32,086 nucleotides of DNA, from IMG/VR virus record IMGVR_UViG_3300045988_121667, positions 1 to 32,086 of that record; one strand, written 5' to 3'. Of the stretch, positions 24,889-32,086 are shown piece after piece. Each line of letters starts with the position of its first letter. The stretch's first letter is position 1. The translations under genes and the position numbers were made by a program. This stretch comes from a virus. The notes beneath the pieces are model-generated. The model saw only the letters and a list, made by a program, of their open reading frames with translations. It did not search any database and was not told the origin of the DNA.

Positions 24889-25833
24889 ATGGCATTTACA
24901 TTTACAGACCTTAACAAACTGAACATTAACAGTTTGAACGAAGTTATCTCTTTGACCGTCGGTTTGGCCGGTGAGATTTCAAACGGCATCACCGTTCTTA
25001 ACGGTATCGCTAACAACACGCCCGTTGTTTCCCTTACAGCAGCCGACAAGGCATTGCGCAAATCAGCAGGATGCGGAGGCGAATACTTCTACGATAAAGT
25101 AACCGACAAGGTTAAGTATTACACACACGCACCTATCGAACTTCCTATCGAAATCTGTTTGCAGTCCTTGTGGGGTAAAATGGTGGCACGCGGTATTAAC
25201 CTCGAGGACGATTTTTCCGCAACCGATTTGGCTGGTTTCATCCAGTCAGAAATATTGAAGGTGTTAGAGGCTGACTTATTGCGTCTCGCCTGGTTGGATG
25301 GGGACGTTAAGGCAGCGGCTACGGGCTACGGTATCTTTACGCGCGGTGGTATCATCAAGCAGTTTAAGGATAGCGGAGGGACCGAAAACATTTTGACGCT
25401 CGACACAGCAGGCGTTCTTGCTGCACTTCGTGGGGCTATCGACGCACAGCGCCCTGATACACTCGATACATCGGAGTTCTTCGTAACGTCTAACGTTATG
25501 CGTCTTTATAAGAACCTTTTGCAGGATAGAAATAACAGTGCTGCACAGTCCGACATCGTTGACGGCCGCCCGGTTTACTTCTTCGAGGGGTACAAGATTA
25601 ACGAACTTCGCCACGTGTCTAACGCTGCCTTGGTTGACGGTGGTACAGATGCTTTCGTAGTATTCACACCGAAGGACAACATTCAGATTGCCTTGGAAGG
25701 TAGTTCTACTAACATTGCTCCTTTCATCCAGGACGCAAAGACCCGTAACTACTACTCACAGACTTTGTTCGCGGCCGATGCCATGCTGGTAGCGCCCGAG
25801 AAGATGCAGATGTGGTTACATGCGTCCGAGTAA
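24889..25833 (+). CDS. Major capsid protein (putative)
   Basis: 314 aa. Follows the scaffold-like gene and is followed by the strongest terminator in the genome, the usual layout for the most highly expressed virion gene. No sequence motif confirmed. Confidence 0.5.
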   Translation: MAFTFTDLNKLNINSLNEVISLTVGLAGEISNGITVLNGIANNTPVVSLTAADKALRKSAGCGGEYFYDKVTDKVKYYTHAPIELPIEICLQSLWGKMVARGINLEDDFSATDLAGFIQSEILKVLEADLLRLAWLDGDVKAAATGYGIFTRGGIIKQFKDSGGTENILTLDTAGVLAALRGAIDAQRPDTLDTSEFFVTSNVMRLYKNLLQDRNNSAAQSDIVDGRPVYFFEGYKINELRHVSNAALVDGGTDAFVVFTPKDNIQIALEGSSTNIAPFIQDAKTRNYYSQTLFAADAMLVAPEKMQMWLHASE

Positions 25834-25853
25834 TGAAAATTAGTACTAACAAT

Positions 25854-25887
25854 AAAAGGGGTTGGGATATTGACCCAGCCCCTTTTT
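25854..25887 (+). terminator. Strong rho-independent terminator after the capsid-like gene
   Basis: GGGGTTGGG (25858-25866) pairs with CCCAGCCCC (25874-25882), with a 7-nt loop and A-run/T-run extension. T5 at 25883-25887. Confidence 0.8.
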
Positions 25888-25900
25888 CATTTTATATGAT

Positions 25901-26434
25901 ATGGGAAAAAGTTGTTTAAATAAACTCAGAGGTAATATCACTGTAGCGTGTACGATTCCGCTCGTGGGCGTGAAGAACATCTATCTGATGCACACAGAGG
26001 ACGTTACGCTGACGGCGGACGCTGATTCTACGGTTATTAAGTCCGTTGCGTTTGCTTCGGATAACCGTGCTATACTTGTAGAGGGGTATAAGCAAAACAT
26101 ACAGATTACATCGGCTATCCGAACGATGGACGCTTCGGCAAGATTGGATTTCAGCGTTATGTTTAAAATGGTAGGTAGAGACGCCTCCACTATTTTGCGT
26201 GTACGCTCGCTTTTGAGCGGTAAATTCTATGTTCTTGCCGAATACCAAGACAGTTCATATTCATTCATCGGTTATACATCTCCTTTGGAATGTTCCGGGA
26301 TGGATACGGACAGCAACGCCAATGCCGGGTTTACTACGGTAACGCTGGCAGCCCCGGAGGGTTCGGCAGGAAATTATTTAATGGGTGCCTCTGTGGACAC
26401 GGTTGCTACAATCAAATCAAGAGTAGGAGTTTAA
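25901..26434 (+). CDS. Virion protein, paralog 1 of 3 (177 aa)
   Basis: First of three tandem, similar-sized ORFs. It shares the N-terminal Cys-containing segment and overall pattern with 26439-26969 and 27003-27557. Confidence 0.6.
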   Translation: MGKSCLNKLRGNITVACTIPLVGVKNIYLMHTEDVTLTADADSTVIKSVAFASDNRAILVEGYKQNIQITSAIRTMDASARLDFSVMFKMVGRDASTILRVRSLLSGKFYVLAEYQDSSYSFIGYTSPLECSGMDTDSNANAGFTTVTLAAPEGSAGNYLMGASVDTVATIKSRVGV

Positions 26435-26438
26435 AGAT

Positions 26439-26969
26439 ATGGCATGTATATCAAAATTAGCAAGCGCAATTGCTTATGATTGCAACAGTGGCGCGACTGG
26501 TTTAGTTAGCGCGTTGATTATTAATAAGGCGGATATTGTGAGTTACACGGCAGATTCTTCGGGTCTTGTGTCGGCAATTAAACTATCGTCGGGGGCAAAA
26601 GCGTGTAAGATTGATACCGTAAAGAGAACCTTGGTTATGACAACGACGTTAAAGATTAATGAGGGTGCACCCAATGCTTTCTCCCACTCCGCGAGTATAA
26701 TTCTTACAGGCGCAACGGGGGTGTACGGTGCTATCACTTCGTTTTCTAACGGTTCGTTCGTTATTTTGGCAAAAATTAATGGTTCAAACGTAATCAATGC
26801 CTACGGTATGTATTACGGACTGTCCGCAAAGGCGCTTGAGCGTAGCACGCATGACAACGCGGGTTGGGCTTCTGCGACGCTTGAAACACCGGAAAATGTT
26901 ATCGGAGAAGATAACTTGTTTGTAGCTGGCGACGTGTACAACACCCTCTATGCGGCAGCAGTAGGATAG
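26439..26969 (+). CDS. Virion protein, paralog 2 of 3 (176 aa)
   Basis: MACISKLASAIAYDCNSG...ADIVSYT aligns with MACIGNIAASLEIGCGAH...ADIASFT of paralog 3. Confidence 0.6.
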   Translation: MACISKLASAIAYDCNSGATGLVSALIINKADIVSYTADSSGLVSAIKLSSGAKACKIDTVKRTLVMTTTLKINEGAPNAFSHSASIILTGATGVYGAITSFSNGSFVILAKINGSNVINAYGMYYGLSAKALERSTHDNAGWASATLETPENVIGEDNLFVAGDVYNTLYAAAVG

Positions 26970-27002
26970 TAATTAACTAAAAAAAGAAAGGAGAAAAATA
27001 AT

Positions 27003-27557
27003 ATGGCATGTATCGGAAACATAGCGGCAAGTCTTGAAATAGGGTGCGGCGCGCACAGCCCGGGCTTTGGCCGCATACAAGGGGCGAAGCTTCTCAACGC
27101 GGCTGATATAGCGAGCTTTACGGTAGGCAGTGGGAGCGTGGCCATAATTACAAGGGTGGCAACCAAAGTAGGATACGGGATAACCACCATTAATGACGCC
27201 CTCACATTGTCGGTGGGGGTGAAGTCGCAGGACATTATACCGGGGGCATATGACGTAACAATAACGTTCAAACATTTCGGTACGGGGCATTCGTCGGGGG
27301 TAGCCTCTGACAGTTCGCCCTTGGGTAGTATAAACCTCTTGGCGCGCGCCGAATTGGTATTCGCTGTAGACCACGGAAATGGTGTCTACCGGGTTTACGG
27401 TCTTGGTGCACCTCTTGTTTGTCTGGAGTATAACCTCGATTCTACGGCGGACGGGTATTCTACGTTCACCTATGGCGTGGAAGACTGGCAGGTAGGCACG
27501 ACCATCCACGCATTGACCAAAGCAGATTATGACGCGTTGAGTACACCAGCAGAATAA
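27003..27557 (+). CDS. Virion protein, paralog 3 of 3 (184 aa)
   Basis: See paralog 2. Preceded by an AAAGGAG-like purine tract. Confidence 0.6.
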   Translation: MACIGNIAASLEIGCGAHSPGFGRIQGAKLLNAADIASFTVGSGSVAIITRVATKVGYGITTINDALTLSVGVKSQDIIPGAYDVTITFKHFGTGHSSGVASDSSPLGSINLLARAELVFAVDHGNGVYRVYGLGAPLVCLEYNLDSTADGYSTFTYGVEDWQVGTTIHALTKADYDALSTPAE

Positions 27558-27572
27558 TAAATCAAGAAGAAA

Positions 27573-27923
27573 ATGGCAGAAGAAAAAACAAATACTACGG
27601 GGCGGGGCGAAAGCTCGGCACCCGTTGTTGCTGAACCAAAGGTTGCAACATTACAGGAAAAGTTGGATGCGTATTACGCAATGACAGGTCTAAAACTTGA
27701 TACCAATTGCCGTATGGATATGGAATATCTATCTTTGTGGTACGAAACGAAGTATCTCACTAAAATCGTCTATAAGTGGGCGATGAAACCGGGTGCGCGT
27801 ATCGTGCATTACGTAGATGGTATCGTTTACAAGTCCGCAAATATGACGGACGAGATAGCCGAACGACTTATGAAGGAGAACCCGGCATACGCAGAATGTT
27901 TTGTAGAAATTAATAAGGAATAG
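27573..27923 (+). CDS. Hypothetical protein (116 aa)
   Basis: ORF in the track, between the paralog trio and the portal-like gene. No motif recognised. Confidence 0.55.
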   Translation: MAEEKTNTTGRGESSAPVVAEPKVATLQEKLDAYYAMTGLKLDTNCRMDMEYLSLWYETKYLTKIVYKWAMKPGARIVHYVDGIVYKSANMTDEIAERLMKENPAYAECFVEINKE

Positions 27924-27927
27924 CATC

Positions 27928-29088
27928 ATGATTGGTTACAGCCGAATAGCATTATTAGTAGAAAAAGCGCTTAAGCTTTCCGCGAATACCGGGGACAGGG
28001 TTATTAACTACGGAGAGGGAAACCTTTATCCGCAGGAAATTGCCGAACTCATATACGCCTCAAAGACAGCGAGCGCGGCCGTTGAAAAGATGACGGAAAA
28101 TATAATCTGTGAAGGGTTCAAGAACAAGGACTTCGCGGAAATGACGAACGGCAACGGCTGTAATATGAACGATGTGTTAGAAGCTACGGCAAACGACGTT
28201 GCACGTTTTAAGGGCTGGGCTTGGATAGTGCAGTATGGTTTAACGCCAGCAGGCTACCGGCCTAAAAACGTGTACAACGTTCCGTTTGAATACGTTCGTG
28301 CCGAGATGAATGACAACTATAAGAATGACCCTACGGTAAGGAGCTGGCGCGTTTTTAATAACTGGGAGAAACAGAGCGTAAAGTCAACAAGTGTTAAAGG
28401 TAGCTCCGTTGTTTACCCTACGTTCAACCCCGAAAGTTTTGCAGCCGAGGTTGAAGAATGCGGAGGTATCGAAAACCACAAGGGGCAACTCTTGTACGTG
28501 AACCTTAGCACTACCCGGCCTTATCCTATCAGCACGTTTCACGCGGTACGTAACGAGATGGGCGCGGAGGACAAGAACGGGCGCTACGTTAACCGTACCT
28601 TGGGGCGCGGCTTCCACATGTGCAGCATTGTTTCACACGGTGATTTTGAAACCGAGCAGGCGCAACAGGAGTTCCGCGATACGCTTTCTGAAATGATGGG
28701 TAGCGAGAACGCGGGTTCAGTGCTTACCGTTCGCGATGAGAACGTAGCCACTGACAAACCATTTATCAAGGTAGACCAATTAGGCAGCCCGATAGATAGG
28801 GAGCTGTACAAGGCGTATGTGGAACCGCTACGAAAGGATATCGCGATAGCCGCCTATAACATCCCACTGCCTCTTATCGATAGCTCGCTGTTAACGTTCT
28901 CGAACGCTTCGGGTGAGGTTATTAAAGAACTGCAAAAGGTGTACAGAAACAGCCTTGCAAAGGTACGGCAACGCATTTCTCGTGAATTGTTCCAAGTATT
29001 CGGGGTAGACCCGTCGGTTACTGAAATTGAAAATAAATTTGATAACGAAAATGGCATACCCGATTCAGAAGTTCCGAACGCTGTTTGA
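27928..29088 (+). CDS. Portal-like protein (tentative)
   Basis: 386 aa. It is the only remaining ORF of portal size in the morphogenesis module. Called by elimination and general composition, not by a confirmed motif. Confidence 0.4.
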   Translation: MIGYSRIALLVEKALKLSANTGDRVINYGEGNLYPQEIAELIYASKTASAAVEKMTENIICEGFKNKDFAEMTNGNGCNMNDVLEATANDVARFKGWAWIVQYGLTPAGYRPKNVYNVPFEYVRAEMNDNYKNDPTVRSWRVFNNWEKQSVKSTSVKGSSVVYPTFNPESFAAEVEECGGIENHKGQLLYVNLSTTRPYPISTFHAVRNEMGAEDKNGRYVNRTLGRGFHMCSIVSHGDFETEQAQQEFRDTLSEMMGSENAGSVLTVRDENVATDKPFIKVDQLGSPIDRELYKAYVEPLRKDIAIAAYNIPLPLIDSSLLTFSNASGEVIKELQKVYRNSLAKVRQRISRELFQVFGVDPSVTEIENKFDNENGIPDSEVPNAV

Positions 29089-29482
29089 GATAGCTACGGA
29101 CGTTAAAGACAATAAGATAGAGAAGGCCTTCTTTGAGGCTGACCTATTGGACATATTGCCCCAAGTGGGGGTGATGTACGAGGCTATCCCGGTAGAGTAC
29201 ATTGCGGACGGTGCAGACTTCGCAGGTGCGGAAAAGGTCATATGCTATTATGCCTTTGCCCGTTACCTGCAGATTGCAGACCAGAACAGTACGACCACCG
29301 GGATGAAGATTCAGACGTATGGAGGCTCAATAGTCGTTCCCGATACAAGTAAGGTTAAACGGTTCGAGGCCGAACGGGGCAAAGCCGATTTGCTTTTAGA
29401 ACCTTTGGTTTGCCGTATGAAAAAAGACGGCTTTATAAAGGTATGCATAGTTCAGAACTCGCGAATAGGGCTTATCAAGTGA
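29051..29482 (+). CDS. Hypothetical protein (143 aa; track ORF starts at TTG 29027)
   Basis: First ATG (MAYPIQKFRTLFEIATDVKDNK...). Overlaps the portal-like gene by 38 nt. Confidence 0.5.
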   Translation: MAYPIQKFRTLFEIATDVKDNKIEKAFFEADLLDILPQVGVMYEAIPVEYIADGADFAGAEKVICYYAFARYLQIADQNSTTTGMKIQTYGGSIVVPDTSKVKRFEAERGKADLLLEPLVCRMKKDGFIKVCIVQNSRIGLIK

Positions 29483-29508
29483 TAGAAAGCTTAGAATCTT
29501 ACTTCCGA

Positions 29509-29955
29509 ATGTTTTTCACTGTTACCGTTCTGACAGTTGTTTCGGATGTGAAGGACCTTATATTCATTGTTGTGATAGTGACCGCCCTAAACTGGTTAGC
29601 CGGGTATCTCGCAGACCGCCGAAAGGGCAAACCGTATCAGCACAAAAAGACAATGCAGGCCGTTAAGGAGCTATTTTTGACGAGCGCTATCTTGTTTTTT
29701 GTCGCTCTTACTTGTAATATGCTTGAACCGGGCATTGATTATAGGCTATTGATTAGGGGCCTCACGGGCATATTCCTTATTATATACGCGCGTAACATAA
29801 CAAGAAACCTACGGGTTGTTCAGCCGTCTAATGAATTTATAAAGGTGTTGAATAGTATTGCCAATAGCAAGTATTTCAGCCTCAAAAAGGAGATTAAGGA
29901 CGGTGAATGTGATTTGCCCATAGAAGAAAGGAAAGAAGATGGCGAACAGCAGTAA
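29509..29955 (+). CDS. Holin-like membrane protein (about 4 TM segments)
   Basis: Hydrophobic segments FFTVTVLTVV, LIFIVVIVTALNWLAGYL, LFLTSAILFFVALTCNML and LLIRGLTGIFLIIYA, plus a charged C-terminal tail. Immediately upstream of the lysin and overlapping it. Alternative starts at ATG 29443 and TTG 29410. Confidence 0.6.
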   Translation: MFFTVTVLTVVSDVKDLIFIVVIVTALNWLAGYLADRRKGKPYQHKKTMQAVKELFLTSAILFFVALTCNMLEPGIDYRLLIRGLTGIFLIIYARNITRNLRVVQPSNEFIKVLNSIANSKYFSLKKEIKDGECDLPIEERKEDGEQQ

Positions 29956-30454
29956 ACTTGTGCCGTTTATCCTCCAGTGGGAAGGCGGTTTTGTTAATGA
30001 CCCCGACGACTTAGGAGGGGCGACCAACAAAGGTATTACAATAGGCACGTTTACCGAGTACAGACGGAAGAAGGGGTTAAAGGCCCCTACCGTCGAGGAC
30101 TTGAAAGACATATCCGATGCCGAATGGCACGACGTTTTCAAGTCCTTGTACTGGGACAGGTGGAAAGCTGATGAGATTAAGAACCAATCAGTAGCCAATA
30201 TCCTAGTTGATTGGGTTTGGGCTTCCGGTGTGCACGGAATTAAAAGACCCCAAAAGTTGTTGGGTGTGGCAGCCGATGGGCTGGTAGGCCCAAAGACTAT
30301 CGCGGCGATTAACGCAGCAGACCAGAGAAAGCTGTTTGACGCTATCAAGGCGGACCGCGCAAAGTTTATCGACGAGATTTGCAAGGCACGTCCCAAGAAT
30401 GAGAAGTATAGAAAGGGTTGGATGAACCGTATTAATGCCATTAAGTATGAGTAG
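29939..30454 (+). CDS. Endolysin: GH108 N-acetylmuramidase with PG_binding_3 domain
   Basis: LVPFILQWEGGFVNDPDDLGGATNKGITIGTF is the GH108 signature (catalytic Glu in EGG). The C-terminal ADGLVGPKTIAAIN is the PG_binding_3 signature. Confidence 0.88.
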   Translation: MANSSKLVPFILQWEGGFVNDPDDLGGATNKGITIGTFTEYRRKKGLKAPTVEDLKDISDAEWHDVFKSLYWDRWKADEIKNQSVANILVDWVWASGVHGIKRPQKLLGVAADGLVGPKTIAAINAADQRKLFDAIKADRAKFIDEICKARPKNEKYRKGWMNRINAIKYE

Positions 30455-31025
30455 GTTCAAGCGTATCATGGTAATCGCTTTTGCTACCGTGATTGTCGGC
30501 GGTATCATATCTAGGTTGGTAGATACCGTTAAAAAGCAAAGGGCCGAAATACAGCGCCTCGATAGGAATATAGACGCGATGAACGAAGCCGAAGTACAAT
30601 ACATATCAAAGTTGGGCGATGCCGCTGTGAAGTGTAAAGCCTTGGAGCTATCCGCGAAGGAGCTAAAGAAACAGAACGCGGACCTATATGAAGAGGTGAA
30701 GGCGCTCGACGTTCGTTTGAAAGACGCGCTATCAGTTAGCAAGGTAGTGACAAGGACAGTGATTAAGGAGGTTGTGAGAACCGACACGATTGATGGGGCG
30801 GCAATAGCCGAATACCGCGACCCGTGGAACACGATTAGGTCAGAGCGAAGAGGAGACAGCACGGAGTTATCATACCAGGGTAATGACACGATAGTGGGGG
30901 TAATCTCTATTAGAAAGAAACGATTCCTCTTTTTTAGGTGGGGTGTCAAGTCGGTGGACTATGACGTTTCTAACAAAAACCCCAAATCTAGAATGAAAAT
31001 AGACCTGGCGGTGAAGTTTAAGTAA
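30435..31025 (+). CDS. Spanin-like lysis accessory protein (N-terminal TM anchor plus coiled coil)
   Basis: FKRIMVIAFATVIVGGIISRL is the TM segment, followed by the coiled coil KKQRAEIQRLDRNIDAMNEAE...KELKKQNADLYEEVKAL. Overlaps the lysin stop. Alternative start at ATG 30447. Confidence 0.55.
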   Translation: MPLSMSRFKRIMVIAFATVIVGGIISRLVDTVKKQRAEIQRLDRNIDAMNEAEVQYISKLGDAAVKCKALELSAKELKKQNADLYEEVKALDVRLKDALSVSKVVTRTVIKEVVRTDTIDGAAIAEYRDPWNTIRSERRGDSTELSYQGNDTIVGVISIRKKRFLFFRWGVKSVDYDVSNKNPKSRMKIDLAVKFK

Positions 31026-31037
31026 GACACGATTTAA

Positions 31038-31066
31038 GGGTGCATTCTTCGGAATGTGCCCTTTTT
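31038..31066 (+). terminator. Rho-independent terminator closing the late module
   Basis: GGGTGCATTC (31038-47) pairs with GAATGTGCCC (31052-61), giving 10 bp including two G-U pairs. TTCG tetraloop. T5 at 31062-66. Confidence 0.75.
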
Positions 31067-31076
31067 GCGTCTCAAA

Positions 31077-31431
31077 CTGTGCCACTGTGCCAGGCACGGT
31101 TTTTAGGTGGCACAGTCTTTGTCTCACTTAACTTGCTGTATTATAGTTACTTATAGAGGTGTGCCAGGTGAGACAGTGAAAATGGCATAACACTTTATTT
31201 TGGCGATTATTGAAATTTACCCCCTCTACTAAATATTCGTAGTATAGTAGTATTTTATATATTCCAAATAAAGTTATAAGAAAACCTCAGCCTCACCTGG
31301 CACAGTTGGCCTTTTTCCGTTGTAACGGCTTGATTTGTAGCGCATTAAGTGAGACAACGCATTTTCGAGAGGTGGCACAGTCCGAAATCGCATTTTTTAA
31401 ACGGTTGGTTTTCAACGTTTTAAGTGAGACA
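31077..31431. repeat. NCR-B iteron array: 5 exact TGGCACAG sites plus a variant, 3 TTAAGTGAGACA sites, and nested inverted repeats around an AT-rich core
   Basis: TGGCACAG sites at 31077-85(-), 31085-93(-), 31107-15(+), 31297-305(+) and 31372-80(+). Variant at 31159-67. TTAAGTGAGACA at 31120-31(-), 31345-56(+) and 31420-31(+). Inverted repeat GTGCCAGGTGAG (31161-72) / CTCACCTGGCAC (31292-303). Inner inverted repeat ACTTTATTTTGG (31192-203) / CCAAATAAAGT (31264-74). Confidence 0.9.
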
Positions 31432-31488
31432 GAGCACTTTTATTCTTAAATGATGTTAACAGAATATACGGTCTATCGATAAAAGCCG

Positions 31489-31496
31489 TATATTTG
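31489..31496 (+). promoter_or_regulatory. Bacteroidota-type -7 promoter box TAtaTTTG (early operon)
   Basis: Exact TAnnTTTG match at the 3' edge of NCR-B, about 90 nt upstream of the first early ORF. Confidence 0.5.
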
Positions 31497-31586
31497 TAAC
31501 GTTGAAAGGGAGAAACCGAGGTTTACTCACCTAACGGAAGGTCACCGAGACATTAAAACGGAAATAAACGATTAAAAGATAGAATT

Positions 31587-31805
31587 GTGAAAGCGATTAA
31601 CCGTATTCTTAGAGAAACCATTAAAGAAGGTAAGTTCGAGATGAAAAGCCATATCCTTGTATTCTTGGACGATAACGGTACGGAGCAGAGTGCGCCCTTT
31701 ACAGAGGTACGTTTCGATGGGCATCTTGACAGCTACCAGTTCGAAGGAGTAGCCTATATATTCATGCAGCCAATGTTAGAAGCGATATATAATAAAAAAC
31801 GTTAA
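31587..31805 (+). CDS. Hypothetical protein, first early gene (72 aa from GTG 31587; 54 aa from ATG 31641)
   Basis: ORF in the track. It is the first ORF after NCR-B. No motif recognised and the start is uncertain. Confidence 0.45.
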   Translation: MKAINRILRETIKEGKFEMKSHILVFLDDNGTEQSAPFTEVRFDGHLDSYQFEGVAYIFMQPMLEAIYNKKR

Positions 31806-31867
31806 CGAATGAACCAACGTATTAGTAAAAGCGTTATATTCGCATCAACAAATTAAAAGGTGGAATC

Positions 31868-32086
31868 ATGAAAGGGAAAGGGAAAGAGAAAGAGAAAGAG
31901 TTCATCATTGCGGAGGTGAAAAAGCATTTATCCGCATCAGTTAAAAGGAGTAAGTACGAAGTTATCGAGGCATCAAAGAACATGCCTACCTTTGAAGGGT
32001 TCATCCTGCCTTACTACGTCTCCACGATGGAGGGCGCCAGATACCCGGTAGACGTTGAACACATGTACATCTACTGCGACGAGTAC
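31868..32086 (+). CDS. Hypothetical protein, 5' part of the junction-spanning gene (continues at 100-183 after collapsing the overlap)
   Basis: ATG 31868 is open to the window end with exactly 73 codons. The sequence from 31988 onward duplicates bases 1-99. The N-terminus KGKGKEKEKE is encoded by a 30-nt polypurine microsatellite. Confidence 0.7.
   Translation, partial: MKGKGKEKEKEFIIAEVKKHLSASVKRSKYEVIEASKNMPTFEGFILPYYVSTMEGARYPVDVEHMYIYCDEY
31988..32086. repeat. Terminal direct repeat, right copy (identical to 1-99)
   Basis: Read directly; see the left copy. Confidence 0.95.

Noticed and set aside
1-32086. Alternative genetic code (TAG or TGA reassignment), as seen in some gut phages.
   Set aside because: Standard-code ORFs tile the genome almost without gaps. 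Recognisable domains are uninterrupted and all three stop codons are used at sensible gene ends.

Overview
The window is a complete, circularly closed genome of a tailed dsDNA phage. The unit length is 31,987 bp: bases 1-99 recur exactly at 31988-32086, and one gene reads in frame across that junction. All credible genes are on the + strand, tightly packed and often overlapping (ATGA/TGATG junctions). Bacteroidota-type promoter -7 boxes (TAnnTTTG) precede several operon starts, which suggests a Bacteroidota host.

There are two unidirectional modules.
- Early/replication, 31587 -> junction -> 14173: Cas4-like DUF2800 nuclease, DUF2815 SSB-like protein, metallophosphoesterase, family A DNA polymerase, VirE/D5-type primase-helicase, a decayed C5 DNA methyltransferase, DUF3310 protein, VRR-NUC nuclease, SNF2 helicase and many small unknowns.
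- Packaging/morphogenesis/lysis, about 14879 -> 31025: TerS, TerL, tail-like proteins, a tape-measure-like protein, scaffold-like and capsid-like proteins, three tandem paralogs, a portal-like protein, holin, GH108 lysin and a spanin-like protein.

I recognised no integrase, repressor, tRNA, CRISPR array, reverse transcriptase or transposase.

The most unusual feature is that each module is preceded by an ORF-free region (about 0.7 kb at 14174-14878 and 0.56 kb at 31026-31586). The two regions are paralogous. Together they carry 13 copies of the 8-mer TGGCACAG in both orientations, arranged around AT-rich cores bracketed by inverted repeats. I saw only one further full copy in the other ~30 kb. 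I propose a two-locus iteron system: either a bipartite origin analogous to P4 ori/crr served by the primase-helicase, or a shared operator/packaging-recognition system for a still unidentified DNA-binding protein.

All functional calls come from motif recognition by eye. No database search was possible.
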